A stretch of DNA of 59,558 bases, from positions 1-59,558 of the IMG/VR virus record IMGVR_UViG_3300044825_000311, one strand, 5' to 3'. Each line of letters begins with the position of its first letter. Within the stretch, counting starts at the first letter, position 1. The DNA comes from a virus (Duplodnaviria; Caudoviricetes). A program made the translations under genes and the position numbers. Shown piece after piece: positions 27,431-34,030 of the stretch. The notes under the pieces were generated by a model. That model had not been told where the DNA came from and did not search any database. It saw only the letters and a list, made by a program, of their open reading frames with translations.

Positions 27431-27617
27431 GGAATATCTCCCTGCAAATCTTGTTAAAACCATAGTCAGACATAAGGGCCAGTGCCTCATCGCTGGGCAG
27501 CTTGCCGCGATTGCACGTCCGGGTTACCCCGGACGCTCTCTGTGTGATGAATACCGTATGGTTGCCGACATAACGCAACCGCCAGCATTCGCTGTCGATG
27601 CTCAACCAATTAGCCAT
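27423..27617 (-). CDS. Early hypothetical protein (64 aa)
   Basis: GAGGAGAACACCAATG start context. Confidence 0.7.
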   Translation of the reverse strand: MANWLSIDSECWRLRYVGNHTVFITQRASGVTRTCNRGKLPSDEALALMSDYGFNKICREIFHG

Positions 27618-27978
27618 TGGTGTTCTCCTCGGTTGCGTTAAGCCTATCGTTAATAAGGCTGGTATAGCCCAGCCGATCCAAGAGCTTGATCTGCTCAAGG
27701 GTCAAGAGAACGGTTTCGCAATGCGGATGGGTAAACGACCTGTGTTTGGACGTTGTCGGACCATACTTTTCCTTGTTCTCGAACCACGTATTGACCTTGG
27801 GAACATAGACGAACAACGGCCAATGGGGTCCGTAGCTATAGACGCAGTAACGGGCGAGGCTACCATCAGGGGTATCCTGCCACTCAGCGTAAAGCTGGCC
27901 ATTGGAGTTCTTGAACGGGGTTCGAGCCTTGACATAGGGACGAGCAGTACGTCCATTAATTCGCTTAGGCTTAGTCAT
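27610..27978 (-). CDS. Early hypothetical protein (122 aa) directly downstream of HH2
   Basis: AAAGGA RBS before ATG 27978; YCVYSYGPHWPL...TTSKH. Confidence 0.75.
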   Translation of the reverse strand: MTKPKRINGRTARPYVKARTPFKNSNGQLYAEWQDTPDGSLARYCVYSYGPHWPLFVYVPKVNTWFENKEKYGPTTSKHRSFTHPHCETVLLTLEQIKLLDRLGYTSLINDRLNATEENTNG

Positions 27979-27993
27979 AATATATCCTTTGTT

Positions 27994-28045
27994 GGCCTCA
28001 TCAGTGCCAGCGTCACTGGCAGACCGCCTCACGGCGGTTTCGGCC
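27994..28045 (-). ncRNA. Type II hammerhead ribozyme HH2
   Basis: Minus strand GGCC-GAAA-C-CGCC-guga-GGCG-GUC/-UGCCAG-ugacg-CUGGCA-CUGAUGA-GGCC. Confidence 0.93.
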
Positions 28046-28051
28046 TTAAGG

Positions 28052-28264
28052 TTACGAGTGGACGTAACCATCCTGCTCAATGGCAAGCCACATGCCGCAC
28101 CAGTGAACGACTACAGCGCCATCCATACCAAACGTGGGCTGTACGGTTCGACGGAACTGGCGGTAGCTTATGCCTTTGGCCTTAAGGTCGCCGTGGGCAT
28201 ACTTGCGGAGCAGGGCGATACGCTGTTTGCGATTTAGCTTAACGTAAGTTTTAGCACTAACCAT
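28052..28264 (-). CDS. Early hypothetical protein (70 aa)
   Basis: AAGGAGAACACCAATG start; ends WCGMWLAIEQDGYVHS. Confidence 0.75.
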   Translation of the reverse strand: MVSAKTYVKLNRKQRIALLRKYAHGDLKAKGISYRQFRRTVQPTFGMDGAVVVHWCGMWLAIEQDGYVHS

Positions 28265-28463
28265 TGGTGTTCTCCTTGGGCATAAGGTGCAGTTGGGCGG
28301 TGGCGACGGCATCACCAAAATCATCGGTGTAATAGTCGCAGAGGTGGAGGTATTCCTCCTTGAGATGGAACTGTACGATGTATTCCTTGTAGTCGCGGTT
28401 ATATCGAACCACGGCCTTACGACCATTGGGGTTAGAGCCTTGGTAGACAATGTGACTAGCCAT
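28257..28463 (-). CDS. Early hypothetical protein (68 aa)
   Basis: AAGGA RBS, tiled operon. Confidence 0.7.
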   Translation of the reverse strand: MASHIVYQGSNPNGRKAVVRYNRDYKEYIVQFHLKEEYLHLCDYYTDDFGDAVATAQLHLMPKENTNG

Positions 28464-28465
28464 GA

Positions 28466-28708
28466 TCAGTTCATTCCTTCTGTGTAGGTTACAAACAGTA
28501 CAGTGTTGGACTTGTAAGGTGTAAACTTAAGCATATCGCCACAGTCCTCGGTCCGACCACGGACACCGGACAAACCCATAAGGGCTTTAGCTTTACGTAT
28601 AATGGCAAGGTTTGTGCCTGTGGCATTGTCAAACTCAGCACGCTTTACCCAAGAGTAGTTCGCTTCGCCACCAAAGGTATCTGTATATTCGACTGTAAAC
28701 TTAGACAT
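28466..28708 (-). CDS. Early hypothetical protein (80 aa)
   Basis: GGAGA RBS; TDTFGGEANYSWV motif. Confidence 0.75.
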   Translation of the reverse strand: MSKFTVEYTDTFGGEANYSWVKRAEFDNATGTNLAIIRKAKALMGLSGVRGRTEDCGDMLKFTPYKSNTVLFVTYTEGMN

Positions 28709-28743
28709 GTATATCTCCATCGGTCGGGCATCGACCTGGGCCA

Positions 28744-28789
28744 AGCGTCCCACATAGGGCGCGGCTTGTACATGCGACACGTTGTCGCA
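28744..28789 (-). promoter_or_regulatory. Palindrome-associated promoter element 3 (head of early operon)
   Basis: Minus strand TGCGACAacgTGTCGCA, TGTACA, 17 bp, tggGACGCT. Confidence 0.6.
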
Positions 28790-28794
28790 TCCTT

Positions 28795-29300
28795 AAGTTA
28801 TACATAGGTATCTGTAGATGGGTCGGAAGACAGGCAAACTATCTGTTATACACGGATAGGCTAAGTGCCTGATTTCATTGGTTCTTTTTGCAACTATCTG
28901 AACTATCTGTGTTTTTGAAGGTAATGAGCTACTACATTGATGAAGGCTGTTAATGTTAATTGAATTCTAGTCGAAAAAGGTTTGTGGCATATATATTTTT
29001 AACGGATAAACTATATATATAGGATACCAAAAAAATCTAGATCGGGCTAAGTCCTTGGTTTCATTGGAGAATCCGGAAACTATACGTAAAGTATTCCCCT
29101 TTTGTTCATGTATAAATCGAAACAGATAGTTCGGAAAGCGCAGATATTTCACCGCTAAGTCATTGATATCACAGCATATTCGCCGTTTTGTATAATTGTA
29201 AATGTATAATTAACCTTAACACTGTATACTTATACATAAGCTATAAGGCTTACAGTTGTATAATAAGGCTACGAGCTATAGGCCCCCGACGTATGGCCTA
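28795..29300. other. AT-rich non-coding region with iterated motifs and IHF-like sites; candidate origin or genome-end region
   Basis: AACTATCTG x4, TTATACA x7, YAAnnnnTTGATW-like x3. Confidence 0.5.
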
Positions 29301-29345
29301 CTACACACCCCCAAACGCAACCGCGCAGCGAACGTAGACGCAGAC

Positions 29346-29378
29346 AAAAAGAAACCCCGGTCCTTTCGGAGCCGGGGC
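29346..29378 (-). terminator. Rho-independent terminator
   Basis: Minus strand GCCCCGG-ctccgaaagga-CCGGGGT followed by TTCTTTTT. Confidence 0.8.
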
Positions 29379-29383
29379 TGTGG

Positions 29384-29461
29384 TTAGTCGTTGAAGTGGA
29401 ACACCCAGAGGTATCCGATGCAGATGAAGACGAGGTAGAAGCCGAGTGTGAGGAGGGTCAT
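29384..29461 (-). CDS. Small membrane peptide (25 aa)
   Basis: MTLLTLGFYLVFICIGYLWVFHFND; AGGAGG RBS; ATGA coupling; translated by hand. Confidence 0.6.
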   Translation of the reverse strand: MTLLTLGFYLVFICIGYLWVFHFND

Positions 29462-29616
29462 GCGACCCTCCTTCCATAGTAAGCCCAGCAGCGCGGATAC
29501 TCGGACCAGTGTGCGTTATGCTTTTCAACCTCACGTCTTGCGTTTTCTTCGGTGGTGTAAGCAACTTGCTTGCGCTGATCACCGCGCAGATAAACGACAG
29601 TCCACGGTTTTTTCAT
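29458..29616 (-). CDS. Small early protein (52 aa)
   Basis: AAAGGA RBS; MKKPWTVVYLRGDQRK...; translated by hand. Confidence 0.65.
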   Translation of the reverse strand: MKKPWTVVYLRGDQRKQVAYTTEENARREVEKHNAHWSEYPRCWAYYGRRVA

Positions 29617-29675
29617 AGGTAGTTTCCTTTGGTTTGAGGGGAGTTGGGAGGGACCGGGGTCCCTCCCTGTTGGTG

Positions 29676-29981
29676 TTACTTGTCCCTGCTACGGAAGGCT
29701 TCTTCCGAGATCAACTTGCCCTTGTTGGCCTTGACGAAGGCGTCAACCTTGTCCCGCATCGCGGAGACCTTTTCCCACTGCCACACGTAGAAGTGGAGGT
29801 TGACGCTTCCCTTGCCAGACGGGACCGAGACGTTGATCCCACCCTTGGCCGAGACCGAGATCGCGGCCTGCGGAGCCGAAGCCTTGAGAGCCTCGTTCTC
29901 AGCCTTTAGGCTGAGGATAAGCTGCATAAGCTGCTCGTTCGAGGGAGCTTCGGCCTTCGCGTTGTTCTTGGACATATTCAT
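29676..29981 (-). CDS. First early gene product, coiled-coil plus small beta domain
   Basis: Strong codon bias; directly follows the consensus promoter. Confidence 0.75.
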   Translation of the reverse strand: MNMSKNNAKAEAPSNEQLMQLILSLKAENEALKASAPQAAISVSAKGGINVSVPSGKGSVNLHFYVWQWEKVSAMRDKVDAFVKANKGKLISEEAFRSRDK

Positions 29982-30052
29982 CGCTTTCAATCAGCAGGGC
30001 CTAGGAGCCGAGGCCCTTTGGCGGCACCGAAGTTGTTCGCTTCAGTGACTTC

Positions 30053-30081
30053 AATATGGCATAAGCGGCTCGGATTGTCAA
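30053..30081 (-). promoter_or_regulatory. Strong sigma70-type leftward early promoter
   Basis: TTGACA (30081-30076), 17 bp, tgcCATATT (30058-30053). Confidence 0.75.
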
Positions 30082-30235
30082 ATTGGCCTTCAATCCCTAG
30101 GGATTAGCTACCAGGCAACAGGCCCAGCATTGCGCACCGAGTGGCGCGGCGGACCACCCTCGGGGAGGGGAGGGGGCCACATGGATTGGAAAATTCTAGC
30201 CGCCCCCCAAATGTACCCAACCTCTCAAAGCAAGA

Positions 30236-30295
30236 CCCCCAAAACCAAAGTTAACATCAACAAAAAATTATACAGCCCCCAAAACCAAAGTTAAC
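30236..30295 (+). repeat. Two exact 20-bp direct repeats, 40-bp period
   Basis: CCCCCAAAACCAAAGTTAAC at 30236 and 30276. Confidence 0.9.
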
Positions 30296-30311
30296 CTTAA
30301 CATATTCCACC

Positions 30312-30340
30312 TTGACACCCCGCGCCGCCCAGCTTACCCT
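30312..30340 (+). promoter_or_regulatory. sigma70-type rightward promoter, predicted leaderless terS transcript
   Basis: TTGACA, 17 bp, TACCCT, 6 nt, ATG 30347; no Shine-Dalgarno. Confidence 0.65.
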
Positions 30341-30346
30341 GCGTTC

Positions 30347-30826
30347 ATGTTCACACCCGTCGAATACACCAAGTGGTCAGACAGGTTATGCTTCGACATT
30401 GCCCTGCGACTGGAGGGTAGCGGAGAAGACCTGCCGGAAATTCTCAGTCGTCACAGGATCACCCCACTGGAACTCAGCGAGTTTTCCAAGGACCCGGTCT
30501 TCGACAAGAAGGTCAGGCATTACAGGGATGAAATCCGCGACAAGGGCATCACGTTCAGGCTCAAGGCCCGCGCACAGGCCGAAGAACTCCTCACCACCTC
30601 GTGGACACTGATCCATAACCTTGACGTAAGCGCGGCAGTGAAGGCCGACCTGATCAAGTCCACCATCAAGTGGGCGGGGCTGGAGACCAAGGGCGACGTT
30701 GCGGAAGGCAACGCTGGTGGCGTATCGATCACGATCAACCTTGGTGGTGAACAGCAGACGATGCGACTCGTACCCAACGAGGAACAAGCCGAAGAGATCG
30801 ATGGATACGCTGACGAGTCTGTTTGA
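30347..30826 (+). CDS. terS: Putative terminase small subunit
   Basis: 159-aa helical protein upstream of terL with C-terminal ITINLG strand. Confidence 0.65.
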   Translation: MFTPVEYTKWSDRLCFDIALRLEGSGEDLPEILSRHRITPLELSEFSKDPVFDKKVRHYRDEIRDKGITFRLKARAQAEELLTTSWTLIHNLDVSAAVKADLIKSTIKWAGLETKGDVAEGNAGGVSITINLGGEQQTMRLVPNEEQAEEIDGYADESV

Positions 30827-30983
30827 CGACCGTGGATGTGCGGTCTTTACATCGGCAAATGCGGCTGTTGCTGTCGAGGATAGCCTGCGCGACCGGGGAT
30901 TATCCTTCAAGACATACATCGTTAAGACCCGAAAGCGCGGTCTGGAATACAGGATACAACTGTTAAATGGGACTGGATATTAA
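30801..30983 (+). CDS. Small hypothetical protein (about 60 aa)
   Basis: Fills the gap between terS and terL. Confidence 0.55.
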   Translation: MDTLTSLFDDRGCAVFTSANAAVAVEDSLRDRGLSFKTYIVKTRKRGLEYRIQLLNGTGY

Positions 30984-32355
30984 CTACACGCCGCCGCCGA
31001 CCGGCAAATTGTTCATGGAGGACGACTCCAAGATGCGGGTCCTGATGGGACCAGTCGGTTCAGGCAAGTCCGTGACGTGCAGCTTTGAAATTGTGCGCCG
31101 TGCAAGCCTGCAACTGCCCAATAAACAGGGTATTCGCAAGACACGAGCGGCTGTAGTGCGCGAAACAGCCCGTCAGTTGCAGGATACGACCATCAAAACC
31201 TTCCTTGATTGGTTCCCGCCGGGGGTTTGCGGCGAGTATATGCGCACGACGAAGACGTATTTCTTCAAAGTTGGCGATGTCGAGTGCGAAATCATGTTCC
31301 GTGCGCTTGATGACGCCGACGATGTGGCGAATTTGAACTCGTTGGAGCTTACTTTTGCGTGGTTTAACGAGTGCCGGGACATACATCCTGACATTGTGGA
31401 CGCCATGTCGAAGCGTATTGGCCGTTTTCCGTCAAAAAAGGACGGCGGACCGACGTGGCACGGCATGTGGGGCGACACAAACCCGCCAACCATGGATACA
31501 TGGTGGTATTATCAGATGGAAGGGCTTGATCCGAAGGACGGGGTGTCGGCAAATGAGAACGGATGGGCGGTATTCAAGCAGCCGTCAGGGCGTTCGCCCT
31601 ATGCGGAGAACGTCGAGAACCTGCCAGAGGGGTATTATGACACCCAAGGCCGGTCGGAGGAGTACATCCGGGTCTATATCGACGGAGATTACGGACTTTC
31701 TTCGGCGGGTATGCCGGTCTACAAGTATTTCCGCCCTGATTATCACATGGCCCCTCAGCGCCTTCATCATATTACCAATGGTTCTCGCCCTGTGGTGGTC
31801 GGCATGGACTTGGGCCTTACGCCAGCAGCGGTTATAGGCCAGCAAGACCCACGTGGACGCGCGTTGGTGCTTGCGGAAGCGGTCAGTTTCGACATGGGTG
31901 TGCAGCGGTTCATCCGGCACATCCTCAAACCGCTGTTGTACGAGCAGTTTCCCGGCGCTCCGGTGCTTATTGTAACCGATCCGGCGGGTATTCAGCGGGC
32001 GCAGACCGATGAGCGCAGTGCCGTTGATATTATCAAAGCAGAGGGGTTCAAGGTCATTCCGGCGCGGACAAACGCCATATCGGCGCGTATCAACGCGGTG
32101 GATGACTACCTCATGCGGCAGGTTGACGGCGATCCTGCGTTTCTCGTGGACCCACGATGCACTCAGTTGAAGGCTGCGATGATGGGTGGCTACCGGTACA
32201 AGCCCAAGGGCGACAGTGACATCGACAAGAACAAGCACAGCCACGTCGCTGAAGCCCTGCAGTACCTGATGCTTCACATCGCCACGGCGGGTGAAGGGAT
32301 GTACGTTGCCCTGCGCAGAAATGTGAAGCCGATTTCCGCTACAGGATGGACTTGA
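30967..32355 (+). CDS. terL: Terminase large subunit
   Basis: GPVGSGKS Walker A, AWFNE Walker B, DTNPP motif C, GMDLGLTPA nuclease motif, SHVAEALQY. Confidence 0.93.
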   Translation: MGLDINYTPPPTGKLFMEDDSKMRVLMGPVGSGKSVTCSFEIVRRASLQLPNKQGIRKTRAAVVRETARQLQDTTIKTFLDWFPPGVCGEYMRTTKTYFFKVGDVECEIMFRALDDADDVANLNSLELTFAWFNECRDIHPDIVDAMSKRIGRFPSKKDGGPTWHGMWGDTNPPTMDTWWYYQMEGLDPKDGVSANENGWAVFKQPSGRSPYAENVENLPEGYYDTQGRSEEYIRVYIDGDYGLSSAGMPVYKYFRPDYHMAPQRLHHITNGSRPVVVGMDLGLTPAAVIGQQDPRGRALVLAEAVSFDMGVQRFIRHILKPLLYEQFPGAPVLIVTDPAGIQRAQTDERSAVDIIKAEGFKVIPARTNAISARINAVDDYLMRQVDGDPAFLVDPRCTQLKAAMMGGYRYKPKGDSDIDKNKHSHVAEALQYLMLHIATAGEGMYVALRRNVKPISATGWT

Positions 32356-32386
32356 CCTTCTGCTGGAACCGTAGGATAGTCGGTTT

Positions 32387-32469
32387 GTACGGGGCAGGAA
32401 CCCACCTGATTGCCTCGTATACCACACTCCCCAACTTAAACCTCGGTGCTGCCGCACCGGGGTTTTTCT
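32387..32469 (+). ncRNA. Candidate small RNA (own promoter, hairpin, C-rich linker, terminator)
   Basis: TTGACC-17-GATAGT at 32352-32380; hairpin 32387-32420; ACCACACUCCCCAAC; terminator 32438-32469. Confidence 0.4.
32438..32469 (+). terminator. Rho-independent terminator after terL
   Basis: CCTCGGTGC-tgcc-GCACCGGGG followed by TTTTTCT. Confidence 0.8.
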
Positions 32470-32470
32470 G

Positions 32471-32499
32471 TTGCCATTAGGTTGTTGATCGTATACCTT
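32471..32499 (+). promoter_or_regulatory. sigma70-like late-arm promoter
   Basis: TTGCCA, 17 bp, TACCTT. Confidence 0.5.
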
Positions 32500-32522
32500 G
32501 CGGCAAACCTAGGGGTCCCTCC

Positions 32523-32846
32523 ATGTCGTTTTCCGCTATTGGCCTTACGGTCACTGTCACTGCAGCCGTAACGGTGCCGACTTCGGCGCAGGCTGTCTCC
32601 ACCGCCCCCACCACACGTCCCGCCCGCGCTTACCGCGTTGCCAATTTCGGCTCTGAGCTTGTGCTTCTGGGCGTCGGTGTTGATGACACGGCTGCCAAGG
32701 CGGCTGCGGCGTCGGTTGCCGCTGGTGCCATCCCGCTCCTGCCGAACACGGTGTCGATCCTTGGCTTCCCTGCCGGGTCGTACTTCACCGGTAAGACGGC
32801 GGCGAACACGTCGGTTCTGTATGTCACGCCGGGTGAAGAGACGTGA
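32523..32846 (+). CDS. Small beta-rich putative virion protein
   Basis: 107 aa, Ala/Thr/Val-rich, ends LYVTPGE. Confidence 0.7.
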   Translation: MSFSAIGLTVTVTAAVTVPTSAQAVSTAPTTRPARAYRVANFGSELVLLGVGVDDTAAKAAAASVAAGAIPLLPNTVSILGFPAGSYFTGKTAANTSVLYVTPGEET

Positions 32847-32998
32847 AGAAGCCGGTTTGGGAAAAACCCCGGCCCAAGGGCCTCGGTAAGCCAAAGAAGT
32901 TGAGCGCAACGCAAAAGGCGAAGGCCAAAGCCGCAGCCAAGGCGGGCGGCAGGAAGTACCCTAACCTTGTAGACAACATGAGAGCGAGCAAAGCCTGA
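32843..32998 (+). CDS. Small Lys-rich protein (51 aa)
   Basis: MKKPVWEKPRPKGLGKPKKLS...YPNLVDNMRA; GTGA coupling; translated by hand. Confidence 0.7.
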   Translation: MKKPVWEKPRPKGLGKPKKLSATQKAKAKAAAKAGGRKYPNLVDNMRASKA

Positions 32999-33099
32999 TG
33001 GCCAAGAAACCGATGCCGAAGTTCACCCCCTGCTCCAAGTGCCCGAACCCGGCCAAGTGCAAGGCCATGGGCCGCTGCATGGCGAAGGGCAAGAAGTAA
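32998..33099 (+). CDS. Tiny basic four-Cys peptide (33 aa)
   Basis: MAKKPMPKFTPCSKCPNPAKCKAMGRCMAKGKK; TGATG and TAATG couplings. Confidence 0.65.
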   Translation: MAKKPMPKFTPCSKCPNPAKCKAMGRCMAKGKK

Positions 33100-33776
33100 T
33101 GGCCGACAAGGTCACGCGGATACCAAACCGCAGCCCGAAAGCCTCCACCACGATGGTGTCCAGAGGGGCTGTGAGAGGGGTTTATCCTACGCCGCAAGCG
33201 TTTTCCCTGTACCGGCTGCCCTCTCAGGGGGTGCCCGCCAACAAGAACGTCTCCCGGTTTGACCGGGAGCAGGCCATCCGGGCGAAATCTCCCACCAAGC
33301 AGGTCATAAATTCTGGCAAATATGCCTACGGACCGAAGCCCGCCGCTAAGCCCTCCATGGGGACTAAGGTTGCCGGTGCTCTCGGCAGCGTAGCGCGCGG
33401 AGCCATGCGGTTTGCTGGACCCGCCGGGGCACTTGTTGGTATGACCAAACCTGCCGGTGTCGGCTCTGACAAGCCGCGCGGACCGCTGATGAAGGGCAAC
33501 TCTCCCGGCGTGGGGCGGGGTCCGAGCAGCAAGCTGGATGCGCCGGTTCGCTCCGGTGCCTCGTCTGCGTCAAAGTCCTATATGGGTCCTACTGGTGGGT
33601 TTAAGTCTGGTGCTTCGTCTGCATCGAAGAGCAAGGCTGGCCCCAGCGGCGGGATGATGGGCGGGTCCGGCTCCGGGGGGTCGGCGCGGACTGCAGCGTC
33701 CAAGTCCACGACCGGTGCCCGTGGTCCCACGGGGCCGCAAGGGCAGGCGCGCTCCTCTCCGACGGGGCGTAAGTAA
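33099..33776 (+). CDS. Basic low-complexity Gly/Ser/Lys protein (225 aa)
   Basis: Start at TAATG overlap; very few acidic residues. Confidence 0.7.
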   Translation: MADKVTRIPNRSPKASTTMVSRGAVRGVYPTPQAFSLYRLPSQGVPANKNVSRFDREQAIRAKSPTKQVINSGKYAYGPKPAAKPSMGTKVAGALGSVARGAMRFAGPAGALVGMTKPAGVGSDKPRGPLMKGNSPGVGRGPSSKLDAPVRSGASSASKSYMGPTGGFKSGASSASKSKAGPSGGMMGGSGSGGSARTAASKSTTGARGPTGPQGQARSSPTGRK

Positions 33777-34030
33777 TGGCCAAGACCCCCGCGTGGCAGC
33801 GCAAGGAGGGCAAGAACCCCAAGGGCGGTCTCAACGCCAAGGGGCGTGCCGCCTATAATGCCGCCAATCCCGGCAAGCCGGGGCTGAAGGCTCCGCAGCC
33901 GGAAGGCGGACCGCGCCGGGATAGCTTCTGTGCCCGCATGAAGGGCATGAAGAAAAAGCTGACGAGCGCCAAGACGGCGAACGACCCTAACTCCCGTATC
34001 AACAAGTCGCTCCGCGCGTGGAACTGCTAA
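33776..34030 (+). CDS. Small basic phage protein (DUF6321-like)
   Basis: K...GGL..KG...R.SFCARM.G...DPNSR....L..W.C. Confidence 0.7.
   Translation: MAKTPAWQRKEGKNPKGGLNAKGRAAYNAANPGKPGLKAPQPEGGPRRDSFCARMKGMKKKLTSAKTANDPNSRINKSLRAWNC

Noticed and set aside
27978-28086. N-terminal extension of ORF 27610..28086 (and similar extensions to 26380, 28780 and 22552)
   Set aside because: The extensions run through ribozyme or promoter DNA; SD-supported starts lie downstream
30236-30295. Mini-CRISPR array
   Set aside because: Only two 20-bp non-palindromic repeats with a 20-bp spacer, and no cas genes
29210-30301. CtrA boxes (TTAA-N7-TTAA)
   Set aside because: TTAAC half-sites recur (TTAACCTTAAC at 29210 and 30291), but the spacing does not match the full consensus
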